From contig JAZSBO010000024.1 of NCBI GenBank assembly GCA_045602425.1, forward strand, positions 17,434 through 81,433: a stretch of 64,000 bases of DNA, given 5' to 3'. The stretch is from Paludibacteraceae bacterium. Lineage in GTDB: Bacteria > Bacteroidota > Bacteroidia > Bacteroidales > Paludibacteraceae. Positions 54,876 to 62,966 of this stretch are shown piece by piece. Positions within the stretch are counted from its first letter, which is position 1; the number at the start of each line of letters is the position of its first letter. Position numbers and translations under genes: made by a program. Below the pieces are notes generated by a model. It was not told the DNA's origin and ran no database searches. It worked only from the letters and a program-made list of their open reading frames with translations.

Positions 54876-54883
54876 TATCTTTG
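54876..54883 (+). promoter_or_regulatory. -7 promoter motif TATCTTTG with no protein gene downstream
   Basis: Exact motif in the 271-bp gap between rfbB and the convergent lipoprotein gene. Confidence 0.45.
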
Positions 54884-54889
54884 AATTGT

Positions 54890-55116
54890 TTAATAAGTAC
54901 AAAAGAGTTCTTTCGCACTGTTTAGAGATTGGAAAACTCAACAGATTATTTTTTATACTGAGAAAAAGTCTGATTTTCAATGGCGTGCTGCCCCATTTTT
55001 AGGTTAGGCAGATTACAAAGAAAATCAACACCTCAAATCCTTTTTATAGGAGTTTTCTCAATAAACAAGCAGTGCGATTTACATAAGAGAAGATAAAAAC
55101 ATCTTCTCTTTTTTAT
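54890..55116 (+). ncRNA. Candidate structured small RNA (6S-like long irregular hairpin)
   Basis: Closing helix tcgcactg (54913-54920) pairs with cagtgcga (55070-55077). Second helix gaaaactc (54932-54939) pairs with gagttttc (55050-55057). A large asymmetric internal loop follows. Third helix tgattttc (54971-54978) pairs with gaaaatca (55020-55027). Apical stem ctgcc/ggcag. Terminator agagaagat/atcttctct (55086-55109) plus a T-run. There is no credible ORF. Confidence 0.45.
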
Positions 55117-56480
55117 TTTTCAGGATTGTATTTCAGCAAACTATTTGAGATTTTTTGTGCAATGTCATTGCAAAGCACGTTTTGAAGTTCAGAGGAAGAC
55201 TTCAGTGTATTACGAGATTTTACCAACGATTGTATTAAACTTTTTGAAGAAACGTTTACATAATCTTTTTCAGGATTAAACTTCCCTGTTTTTTCCCAAC
55301 TACCACTCAATAAATTTGATACATTCTCTCCCGAATATTCAATGTAATGTATTTTGTCTGTTGTCTGTAAAGAATAACTATTAGAAAGCAACGTAAGTCC
55401 TGTTTCAGTAGAACGAAGTTGATAGTTAAGCGAAATTTTTGCCACCACACTTTGCGAACATTCATAATAATAAACTTTATGATAAACTACACTTTTATCC
55501 TTTTTTGTTTCCTTGATAAAACCTTTTTTCTTTGTTTTGCTCAATGAACTTTTTGTATATGTCAACTGTGGGACTTCAAATGACAAATGCGAGCGAACAG
55601 GGATCAATGTACCTTGAATTTCAATACCATTTTGCATCGCTAAATGTTGCTCTTTGATAATCGCCTCGGTGTTATTAATATCAACAATTTCCAGAAATAT
55701 TGCATTTGAGCTTTGTATGGTTGTGGTTATGTTGGTTTTAAGTTTATTGACAAAGTTCTTCTTGGCTATATCGTTGGAATAAAACGTTGTAAATGCAACC
55801 GTTAGCATTCCTTTTTCGAGACATTCGTTTTGTAAATTCTTGCTGTCTTTGTAGTTTGAGCCTATTTTTATAATCGAATTAAAAGTGTTGTATGCTGTAC
55901 GGTATTTTTCGAGTTGCATCTGCTGAAGAGCTTCTCTATAAAGTGGTTCGCAACGACAAACAATCTCTTTTTCTGCAATATCTTGATAAGTCGCATCCAC
56001 TTTTTTTATGGAAAGAATGTGAGAAAGAGCCGTACTGAAATCTTCTGTTTCTATAAAAGCAAGTGCTTTGGCATAATGGTCAACCAAATAACGTTGCTGC
56101 GACTCGTTGTACTGTTCTTGCACTTGACTGCTGATTTCCAGCTGAATACGATTATTATCGGCAATGCTTTTAAGATTTTTTAGTTTAATAAAATTTTCAA
56201 TAAGATCATCATCGTTGAGTTGGGTGTAGTTATCATCGATTTGCTGTTCCAAATCGTTTGCATAACGAATAAGAGTGCGGTTCAAGGCAATTCGTGCATC
56301 TGTAAAATCTTCTTTTTTGATAAGCGAGGCGTTGTACTTTTCTACCGAAAGTTCGAGCATTCCTGCTTCTTCATACTTTTTCCCTTCCTTAAACAAACGT
56401 TTATAAGCACAACTCGGAAGCAATAAAAAAACGAATGCGACAATGAAAAACCGTAGAAATTTTGCTCTCATAATTTTCAA
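55113..56480 (-). CDS. Lipoprotein with helical N-domain and CsgG/FlgO/LpoB-like C-domain
   Basis: 455 aa. Lipobox LLPSC. The C-terminal LTVAFTTFYSN...FVNKLKTNITTTIQSSNAIFLEIVDINNTEAIIKEQHLAMQNG follows the CsgG/LpoB-type pattern of (T)VAV.pF...l...L...f.vv.R..l..i..Eq.l...G. Confidence 0.4.
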   Translation of the reverse strand: MKIMRAKFLRFFIVAFVFLLLPSCAYKRLFKEGKKYEEAGMLELSVEKYNASLIKKEDFTDARIALNRTLIRYANDLEQQIDDNYTQLNDDDLIENFIKLKNLKSIADNNRIQLEISSQVQEQYNESQQRYLVDHYAKALAFIETEDFSTALSHILSIKKVDATYQDIAEKEIVCRCEPLYREALQQMQLEKYRTAYNTFNSIIKIGSNYKDSKNLQNECLEKGMLTVAFTTFYSNDIAKKNFVNKLKTNITTTIQSSNAIFLEIVDINNTEAIIKEQHLAMQNGIEIQGTLIPVRSHLSFEVPQLTYTKSSLSKTKKKGFIKETKKDKSVVYHKVYYYECSQSVVAKISLNYQLRSTETGLTLLSNSYSLQTTDKIHYIEYSGENVSNLLSGSWEKTGKFNPEKDYVNVSSKSLIQSLVKSRNTLKSSSELQNVLCNDIAQKISNSLLKYNPEK

Positions 56481-56482
56481 AA

Positions 56483-57847
56483 TTATTCAGTTTTGAGAAA
56501 TGCGTTAAAGAAACCAGTAAGCAAACGTGCTTCTATTTGGCGAGCAGCCTCTTCGTAAGCCTTTTCGCCTGCCGTTTTGTAGGACAATTGTGTGCCTTTT
56601 GTCGTCAAATCTTGTGCCTCAACTATAGCTCCATTTTGTAAGTTTTTTATTCTAAACTGAGCGTTCAAAAGTGTTGTATAAATTCCTCTCGAATGAGTTT
56701 GTTTTTTTGTGTCAGACGTTATAGTTATCTCAAAATCAGCATTTTTATCAACAATCCCATAACCATTTGCTTGCAAAAGTTGTTCAAGTTTTGCTTTTAG
56801 CATTTGGTCTTTTTGAGCAATACCGATATTTTTTTCAACAGACAAAATTGCTACGGTCGGTTTACTCACTTTTAGTGAGATGGTGATTTTTGTCGTAGGG
56901 ATTTTTTGTAACCATTTTCGGATAACAAAATCCGTTGCCGACTGAAGCAACAATGTTGTTTTATCAATAGAAAAATCAAAGGTTTCTGCTGATTTTTGCG
57001 ATTTCACGAGCAACGATGTTTTTACAACTCCGTTTGCATCGCTATTGAGTTTTTGCTGTTGAGCATTTTCGCTAAAAAATGTTACTATCGGAAAGTTTTT
57101 TATCGATTTTCCTTGATACTTTACTTCGCAGGACAGCTGTTCAGAATCAACTTTATATCCAACTTTACAATCAATTGTTTTACTCTTTGCAACAATTTCT
57201 ATATTGCTGAGTATTTGATAAATACGATTGTACGATTCGCTAATGAGATTAATTTCTTGATTATTGATTTCGGTTGTAATTGTTTCGTTGAAATAAGCCT
57301 TCAAAACATCAAGCGACTTTGCGTAAAAAATTATAGCATTACGCATATCAAAATCTTTCTGATACTTTTCTGCAGTGAGAAAATGCGATACCGAAAGTTC
57401 TATTGCTTGCGTTCTTTTTTGTGCTTGGATAGTTGCATATTTTTGCTTGCTTAAGCGATAAAGCACCCAATATTCTTTACTATTTTCGTATGTATCAGCC
57501 ACTTCGTAACCTTCAACAGATGAATTCACACGAGCTTCTATAACAGAAGAAAAATCCTCTTTTAACGACAAATCAGTTTCGTAACTGATCTGTATAGTCG
57601 AGGACGAAATATCTACTGAAATCTCTTCGGCAAGATTTTTCAATGCCATTGTTTTTGCCAAATCATAGTGAGCCGTCGACTTTTTTACTTTCTGTGCATA
57701 GCCAACACCTTGATAATAGTTTTTGTCGGACAACTGATTAGCTATCCATTCGGGTTTTTGGTTTTTACCAACCCGTTTTTGCGTAGAACAACCCGCAAAA
57801 ACAATTATCAAAACAACAAAAAGATAATAACAACGTTCGTTCATCAT
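56483..57847 (-). CDS. Lipoprotein with N-terminal LPP20-like domain
   Basis: 454 aa. Lipobox VFAGCS. KPEWIANQLSDKNYYQGVGYAQKVKKSTAHYDLAKTMALKNLAEEISVDISS fits the LPP20 pattern. There is a 2-nt gap to the next gene. Confidence 0.5.
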   Translation of the reverse strand: MMNERCYYLFVVLIIVFAGCSTQKRVGKNQKPEWIANQLSDKNYYQGVGYAQKVKKSTAHYDLAKTMALKNLAEEISVDISSSTIQISYETDLSLKEDFSSVIEARVNSSVEGYEVADTYENSKEYWVLYRLSKQKYATIQAQKRTQAIELSVSHFLTAEKYQKDFDMRNAIIFYAKSLDVLKAYFNETITTEINNQEINLISESYNRIYQILSNIEIVAKSKTIDCKVGYKVDSEQLSCEVKYQGKSIKNFPIVTFFSENAQQQKLNSDANGVVKTSLLVKSQKSAETFDFSIDKTTLLLQSATDFVIRKWLQKIPTTKITISLKVSKPTVAILSVEKNIGIAQKDQMLKAKLEQLLQANGYGIVDKNADFEITITSDTKKQTHSRGIYTTLLNAQFRIKNLQNGAIVEAQDLTTKGTQLSYKTAGEKAYEEAARQIEARLLTGFFNAFLKTE

Positions 57848-57914
57848 GATTTTTTACAAAAAAGGTGCTTGCAGTTTTATAGATACAAGCACCTTTGTCT
57901 ATTTTTTCGAACAA

Positions 57915-58463
57915 TTATTGCAATTTGCTCATTTCTTTTTCAAACTCTTCTTTGAATTTTTCGTATTCGTAATCGATGCGAAGTTTGTCATCGTTTTTAA
58001 CTGTATTAGCTACCTTATTAGCCAACTCAGTTCCTACGATTTCCACTACAACATAGCAACGGAATTTGCCGTCTTGTGTACGTTGTGTTTCATCGCAGAT
58101 TACAATTGTTCCGTTAAGTTCTTGATTAACAACTTGGCGAGTTAAGTCTTGGAACTTACCTTTTGCTTCTTCGTCCATACCAATTTCGTACGAAGATGCA
58201 TAGTTGTCAGTAACACGTTTAATCAAATCGCTAACTTGAGCTCCCAATTCTGCACGTGCTGCAAGAAGTGCTTTGTCGCGAGCAATTTGTAAACTTGTAG
58301 AATAACCTGTACCTAAAGCACGAAGATGATCTTTGTCGCTACGATATTCTTTTCCAGAACAAGGAATTGTTACTGATACATCTCCTTTGTGAGCAACTTC
58401 TTTTTTCGAACCGCAAGCCGTTACCATCAAAGCAACAGCCAAGAAAATCAATACTTTTTTCAT
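57915..58463 (-). CDS. LPP20/FlgP-like small lipoprotein (paralog of 27800-28396)
   Basis: 182 aa. Lipobox MVTAC. ALGTGYSTSLQIARDKALLAARAELGAQVSDLIKRVTDNYASS and DGKFRCYVVVEI. Confidence 0.55.
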   Translation of the reverse strand: MKKVLIFLAVALMVTACGSKKEVAHKGDVSVTIPCSGKEYRSDKDHLRALGTGYSTSLQIARDKALLAARAELGAQVSDLIKRVTDNYASSYEIGMDEEAKGKFQDLTRQVVNQELNGTIVICDETQRTQDGKFRCYVVVEIVGTELANKVANTVKNDDKLRIDYEYEKFKEEFEKEMSKLQ

Positions 58464-58493
58464 GTGTGTTAAATTTTAAATGGTTAATTTTTC

Positions 58494-58501
58494 CAAAGGT
58501 A
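58494..58501 (-). promoter_or_regulatory. -7 promoter motif TACCTTTG
   Basis: The plus strand reads caaaggta. It lies 31 nt upstream of the ATG at 58463. Confidence 0.35.
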
Positions 58502-58570
58502 AAAACATTTTTATACAATTCGACAAAAAAACTACTTTTTTTCCTCATCTAATTTTTTACAAAAAGTCTA

Positions 58571-58578
58571 TATCTTTG
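58571..58578 (+). promoter_or_regulatory. -7 promoter motif TATCTTTG (would give a near-leaderless mRNA)
   Basis: It ends 6 nt before the ATG at 58585. Confidence 0.35.
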
Positions 58579-58584
58579 CTAAAT

Positions 58585-59235
58585 ATGAAAAAAATCATTT
58601 CGATTGTAATTGTTTCAGCAATATTTGTAACTGTAAATGCCCAAAAAGCAGATTCTCTTTACAGTTATCGACACGAAGGTGCTTTTCACACATTTTGCCA
58701 AGTAGAGACAAAATGCACCAACGAGATTGCAAATGAGATAGTTAACGAGTTTATCAGTCAATTTCGTGGCGACCCTAACTTACTTTTCGAATGGGCGTTC
58801 AAAGGTATTGGAAAACAAAACAACGAAGAACACGATGAAATTCTTTTGGAATTAAAACGTACAACTTTTGATCCTGAAACAAACATCGGTATCATCGTAA
58901 CAGATATAAAAATACCTGGATTACGCACTTTTAAAAATATCGAAATTGAAAGTCGTGTAACCAAAAACACACTACCCGATGGTTCGACCAAAATAAATGT
59001 TGATATTTTTTATTCCAATGCCCTGCTAAAAAAAGCTTATGGAGTTTACCGAATAATCCCAATAAATGACACAACTCAACTTTTTGACATAACCATAAGC
59101 GTAAAATTCAGTTGGTTTTTCGATTTGTTTATCACAAAAAAACGATATTGCTCAATTTTTGAATGGCGAGCCAAAGGTTTTATGGAAAATATGAGAAAGG
59201 AAGCCGAACGCCGTCAATTACTCCTCAACAACTAA
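58585..59235 (+). CDS. Hypothetical secreted protein
   Basis: Likely start MKKIISIVIVSAIFVTVNA (M36 of the track ORF). No motif recognised. Confidence 0.5.
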   Translation: MKKIISIVIVSAIFVTVNAQKADSLYSYRHEGAFHTFCQVETKCTNEIANEIVNEFISQFRGDPNLLFEWAFKGIGKQNNEEHDEILLELKRTTFDPETNIGIIVTDIKIPGLRTFKNIEIESRVTKNTLPDGSTKINVDIFYSNALLKKAYGVYRIIPINDTTQLFDITISVKFSWFFDLFITKKRYCSIFEWRAKGFMENMRKEAERRQLLLNN

Positions 59236-59565
59236 AGTTACCGCATCAACTTGTCCACCAAGCGGTGGATTTTTTTTCGAAAGTTGCACGCGAACATGCT
59301 TCACTAACGGATGAATTTTTCGCAAACGAGTTGCGATACGTCTTGCTACCGCTTCAAGTAATTTCGCAGTGTGTTGCATTTCATCTTTCACTGCATCATA
59401 AACAAGTTGATAATTAAGTGTATCGTCCAAATTATCAGTTGTTTGTGCAGACGCTTCATCCATTTCGAGCGTAACTGTTACGTAAAAATCATTTCCAATA
59501 ATGCGTTCTTGCGCAAAAAAACCATGATAAGCATAAAAATGCATACGTTCCAAAACTATCTGCAT
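59218..59565 (-). CDS. folB: Dihydroneopterin aldolase
   Basis: 115 aa. MHFYAYHGFFAQERIIGNDFYVTVTLE and LNYQLVYDAVKDEM. Confidence 0.85.
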   Translation of the reverse strand: MQIVLERMHFYAYHGFFAQERIIGNDFYVTVTLEMDEASAQTTDNLDDTLNYQLVYDAVKDEMQHTAKLLEAVARRIATRLRKIHPLVKHVRVQLSKKNPPLGGQVDAVTLVVEE

Positions 59566-59569
59566 ACAC

Positions 59570-61750
59570 TTAATTTTTAATTCGTAATTTTATATATTCT
59601 GTCAAATGCCAAAAAGCAAGTTCGTTCAGTCCAAAGTTCATCAAAAAGGTTGCAACATTATTAAAAGTTTCCCAAAACATAGTACCATCAAGAGAAAACG
59701 CTTTTTGAAAAAACATCGTTGCCCTATCCATATCGTTTTGCAAAAAAGAGATAAATGCCCACCGAACAAAATCAAGCACAAAAAGTTGTTCAGTAGGTAT
59801 TTTCGCAAAATATTTTTCCGACTGCTCCACTTTCCCGCACAAAAACGAACACCACGCCACTGCACTAAGCACAGAATATTTATCAGGATTCAAATAATCT
59901 ACCTTAAAATACACAGCTAATGCTTCGCTATATTTTCCTTGTTCATACAAGCAATTTGCTATATTCATCAGCACTTTGTAATCATCGGAGAAAAACTCCG
60001 ACAAACGCTTATAATAATCCAAAGCTTGAATCATTTTGCCCATTTTTTTATAGCAATAAGCCATTTGCCGCAATAGCCATTTCTGTTCAGGAGCCGAGAG
60101 TTCTATTTTAGTGTAAATATCCAATGCTTTTTCAAACTCCCCTACTCGCTGAAAAGCATAAGCCATTTTTCGCGACGAAGCCATATCGGACATATTCTCA
60201 ACATTTTCACGTGCATAAAGAGCCAACGCTTCAGAATACATTTTTTTCGAGAAATAAAAATCAGCCACCGAAAGCAAACCCTTTTTGGAGAACATATTCC
60301 ACAAAGTATCATTACCTATCAAACCACTTAAACGAACAAACGGATTGTATGAGAGTTTTTGCGGAAACAATTTATAAAAGCGATACAAACTCTGCACGTA
60401 ACTATTTGTTCGCAACGAGAATATCAAATGCGAATCGGTCAACGAACGATCGCTTAGATCCACTTTCGTTTGTTCTATTTCAGTTTTCAAATTTTGCTTC
60501 ATAAAATCCATTTGCGAAGTTGGCAATTGCATCAAACTAAAACAAAACGAATACTTGTCCGAATCGCACATCATATTGTTCGACATCAAAAGCGAAATAA
60601 AATCATTATCGCCTTCGAAAAGCGTTTTTACAGCCTCATTTTTTGAGTTGAAAGGCATCAGCCAATTGAACACTTCGGAAAAAAACGGGAATGTCTTCAA
60701 TGACGAAAACGTACTCATATAAATATCACTTCCATCGCGTTGCATCTCGCCAAGTTGTTGGATTTTCTCACTCAAACCTGTTTCGTCAAACAACTCTTGC
60801 ATCTCGTCCATTGCCGTTTCTTCGTCAAAATCGTTGGCTTTTGCTTCGTTCCACTTATCGTTCAACTTCGGCGAAATTTTCATCATATCGGGCAACAAAT
60901 CTTCTTTTATTTTCCGATTCACAACTTCGGTTTCCTGACTCCGAATAAGATGACAAACTACCACTTCAAGTTCGGCTACAAACGAAGAAGAAGCCGACAA
61001 TGATTCTATTTTTTGCGACAACGAATCATAAAAAGTCAAACGATCAGCATATTTTAAAACAGAAAACACAACCGCCACCAAGGCACGCAATCGAACAAAC
61101 TCTACTGAACTTTCACACAACAGACACAACAGATAGACTTTTTCGGGTTGGAAAAAGTTTAACACACTCAACATCAATGCTGAAACTACAACTGCTCGGC
61201 TATCCTCACTAAAACTATCGTCATCAAAAAATGCTGTCAGTTTGCATATTTCATCATCAGAGAAACGATTTGTTAACAAAACCGAATAACACAAATCTTG
61301 CACAAGCGAAGCAATATCTTCATTTTTCGACTCCGCACTTTTTGTCTTAAACACATCGGCAAGCAAACCTTCGAGCGAAGCTTTATCTTGCAACGCATAC
61401 AAACGCCACAAACACACCAAAAGCGAAATATTTGTTTTACGTTCGCGTTTTTGTCGATATTCGAACAACGAACTTTCGGACAAATAATACGCCTCACTCA
61501 AATCGTCATACAAAGCATACGATTTTTGAAGCAGCTGCAACAATATTTTTTCTCGTTGAGCATCGGCAGTACCTTTCAAGGCAAAAGAGAGCATTTGCTC
61601 ATAAACGAGTTTCATCTCGTCGATTACGCTCACAGCCTCTCCGTTTTTCGTAGCCTCTACCAAAAGTTGAAGCGAAGCAAAAGCTTCCGACAAACGTTTC
61701 TCTGCCAACAACGAACCTACTGTTGCAATTATTTTTTTTATGTTCTGCAT
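59570..61750 (-). CDS. Large cytoplasmic protein with C-terminal TPR repeats
   Basis: 726 aa. TPR-like units YSEALALYARE, FEKALDIYTKI, MIQALDYYKRL and YSEALAVYFKV. Confidence 0.55.
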   Translation of the reverse strand: MQNIKKIIATVGSLLAEKRLSEAFASLQLLVEATKNGEAVSVIDEMKLVYEQMLSFALKGTADAQREKILLQLLQKSYALYDDLSEAYYLSESSLFEYRQKRERKTNISLLVCLWRLYALQDKASLEGLLADVFKTKSAESKNEDIASLVQDLCYSVLLTNRFSDDEICKLTAFFDDDSFSEDSRAVVVSALMLSVLNFFQPEKVYLLCLLCESSVEFVRLRALVAVVFSVLKYADRLTFYDSLSQKIESLSASSSFVAELEVVVCHLIRSQETEVVNRKIKEDLLPDMMKISPKLNDKWNEAKANDFDEETAMDEMQELFDETGLSEKIQQLGEMQRDGSDIYMSTFSSLKTFPFFSEVFNWLMPFNSKNEAVKTLFEGDNDFISLLMSNNMMCDSDKYSFCFSLMQLPTSQMDFMKQNLKTEIEQTKVDLSDRSLTDSHLIFSLRTNSYVQSLYRFYKLFPQKLSYNPFVRLSGLIGNDTLWNMFSKKGLLSVADFYFSKKMYSEALALYARENVENMSDMASSRKMAYAFQRVGEFEKALDIYTKIELSAPEQKWLLRQMAYCYKKMGKMIQALDYYKRLSEFFSDDYKVLMNIANCLYEQGKYSEALAVYFKVDYLNPDKYSVLSAVAWCSFLCGKVEQSEKYFAKIPTEQLFVLDFVRWAFISFLQNDMDRATMFFQKAFSLDGTMFWETFNNVATFLMNFGLNELAFWHLTEYIKLRIKN

Positions 61751-61773
61751 AGAATCTATTTTTTACTTCTTCC

Positions 61774-61995
61774 TTAAGGAACTGGGTCGTAGCCACTTCC
61801 ACCCCACGGATGACACCGCAAAATACGTTTCAACCCCAACCAACCGCCATACACAACGCCATGTTTTTTTACCGCCTCAACCATATATTGCGAACACGTA
61901 GGCTGATAGCGACACACAGAAGGGAACATCGGTGAAATACACCTTTGATAAAAATAAACAGGCAAAAGAAAACAATGTCGAAAAAATTTTTTCAT
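61774..61995 (-). CDS. yidD: Membrane protein insertion efficiency factor YidD
   Basis: 73 aa. [37 protein letters not shown]. Confidence 0.92.
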   Translation of the reverse strand: MKKFFRHCFLLPVYFYQRCISPMFPSVCRYQPTCSQYMVEAVKKHGVVYGGWLGLKRILRCHPWGGSGYDPVP

Positions 61996-62348
61996 TCTTT
62001 TCCTTTTAATAACATCAATGCCTCACACATTTTTTTCTGCATAAACTCAAAACTCGGTACAGCATCGCTTATCGACACAAAAGCTACCTCGAAACCACCG
62101 TCGCAACCCGACAACAATTCTTTATTCAAACGATACGACTCTCGCATCAAGCGTTTTATACGATTGCGATCTACTGCACGTTTGAATCGTTTTTTCGGAA
62201 CAGAAAACAAAGTTCTCTGCTCACCCGAAGCATTGCGTCTGTACACCACACGAAGCGGATAGCAAGTAAACGCTTTCCCCTCGGCAAAAAGCCGTTGAAC
62301 TACGATTTTCCCCCTTAAACGTTCTTGTTTGTGAAGTGTATGTCCCAT
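61992..62348 (-). CDS. rnpA: Ribonuclease P protein component
   Basis: 118 aa. [22 protein letters not shown]. There is a 4-nt overlap with yidD. Confidence 0.88.
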   Translation of the reverse strand: MGHTLHKQERLRGKIVVQRLFAEGKAFTCYPLRVVYRRNASGEQRTLFSVPKKRFKRAVDRNRIKRLMRESYRLNKELLSGCDGGFEVAFVSISDAVPSFEFMQKKMCEALMLLKGKE

Positions 62349-62409
62349 TTTTTTCGATATAAATCTACAACGCTCACCACGTGCCTTTTGTTCTTGCTCA
62401 CAACAAATG

Positions 62410-62417
62410 CAAAGATA
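62410..62417 (-). promoter_or_regulatory. -7 promoter motif TATCTTTG for rnpA-yidD
   Basis: The plus strand reads caaagata. It lies 62 nt upstream of the rnpA ATG. Confidence 0.4.
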
Positions 62418-62485
62418 AAAACAATGCTCGAAAATTTAGACATCACACAAGTTGTTTCTGTTTGTTTTTAGAGAGAAGAAAATTC

Positions 62486-62493
62486 TATCTTTG
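62486..62493 (+). promoter_or_regulatory. Orphan -7 promoter motif TATCTTTG facing a gene-free region
   Basis: Exact motif. No credible plus-strand ORF lies downstream before the hairpin at 62676-62702. Confidence 0.3.
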
Positions 62494-62622
62494 CACTTGG
62501 TTTTGGTAGGCAAAAAACCGACCCAAAGCCACGACATATTTTTTTTGATTATAGCGTTTGCTATAATATATTTATATTTATCTCTTTGTATTTCTGATCA
62601 TTACAAACAACACTCTTGTGTT

Positions 62623-62708
62623 GAGTAACAAATAAGTAACAATTTTTGACATTAAATTCGAGTAACAACAATAAGAAAAGCCACCTATAAAGATGGCTTT
62701 TTGTTACT
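62623..62708. repeat. Four copies of AGTAACAA (three direct, one inverted) within 86 bp
   Basis: Direct copies at 62624-62631, 62635-62642 and 62661-62668. The inverted copy is at 62701-62708 (ttgttact). Confidence 0.6.
62676..62702. terminator. Hairpin with flanking A and T runs (possible bidirectional terminator)
   Basis: aaaagcca (62676-62683) pairs with tggctttt (62694-62701), with a 10-nt loop. Confidence 0.35.
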
Positions 62709-62728
62709 TGTTTCTTTATGTGATTGTC

Positions 62729-62763
62729 AAAAAAAGAGAACCGCCCCATTTGAGGCGGTTCTT
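62729..62763 (-). terminator. Rho-independent terminator closing the methyltransferase transcription unit
   Basis: gaaccgcc (62738-62745) pairs with ggcggttc (62754-62761). The plus-strand A7 at 62729-62735 is a U-run on the minus strand. Confidence 0.55.
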
Positions 62764-62859
62764 TCGCAAGAAAACAACGATTAAGTGAGTGCAGAAACAA
62801 AACTTGTTTTGGTTATGCTGAACGTGAGTTGTTTATGCAAACAGAAATCTTCCTAATGA

Positions 62860-62958
62860 TTAGGAAATGGTAATAGTGCCTAAAAAAAAGCCGCATATCC
62901 ATTTTAGATACTCATCTTTCCAGATGGTCTTGTATTCTATGTTTTGAGATTCGGACAT
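62860..62958 (-). pseudogene. Truncated N-terminal remnant of an AlbA_2 / divergent-AAA type gene
   Basis: The 32-codon ORF is MSESQNIEYKTIWKDEYLKWICGFFLGTITIS*. The first ~23 residues match the conserved N-terminus (ESQ.lEfK..W.DEYLK.ICaFAN) of Bacteroides AlbA_2-domain ATP-binding proteins, which are normally over 400 aa. It starts 9 nt after the methyltransferase stop. Confidence 0.4.
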
Positions 62959-62966
62959 AATGTATT

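Noticed and set aside
62561-62800. A 79-aa minus-strand ORF lies in the rnpA-methyltransferase junction.
   Set aside because: It spans two terminator hairpins and the AGTAACAA repeats. Its product is hydrophobic and low-complexity (LFLLLLLEF) with no recognisable motif, so it is probably non-coding.
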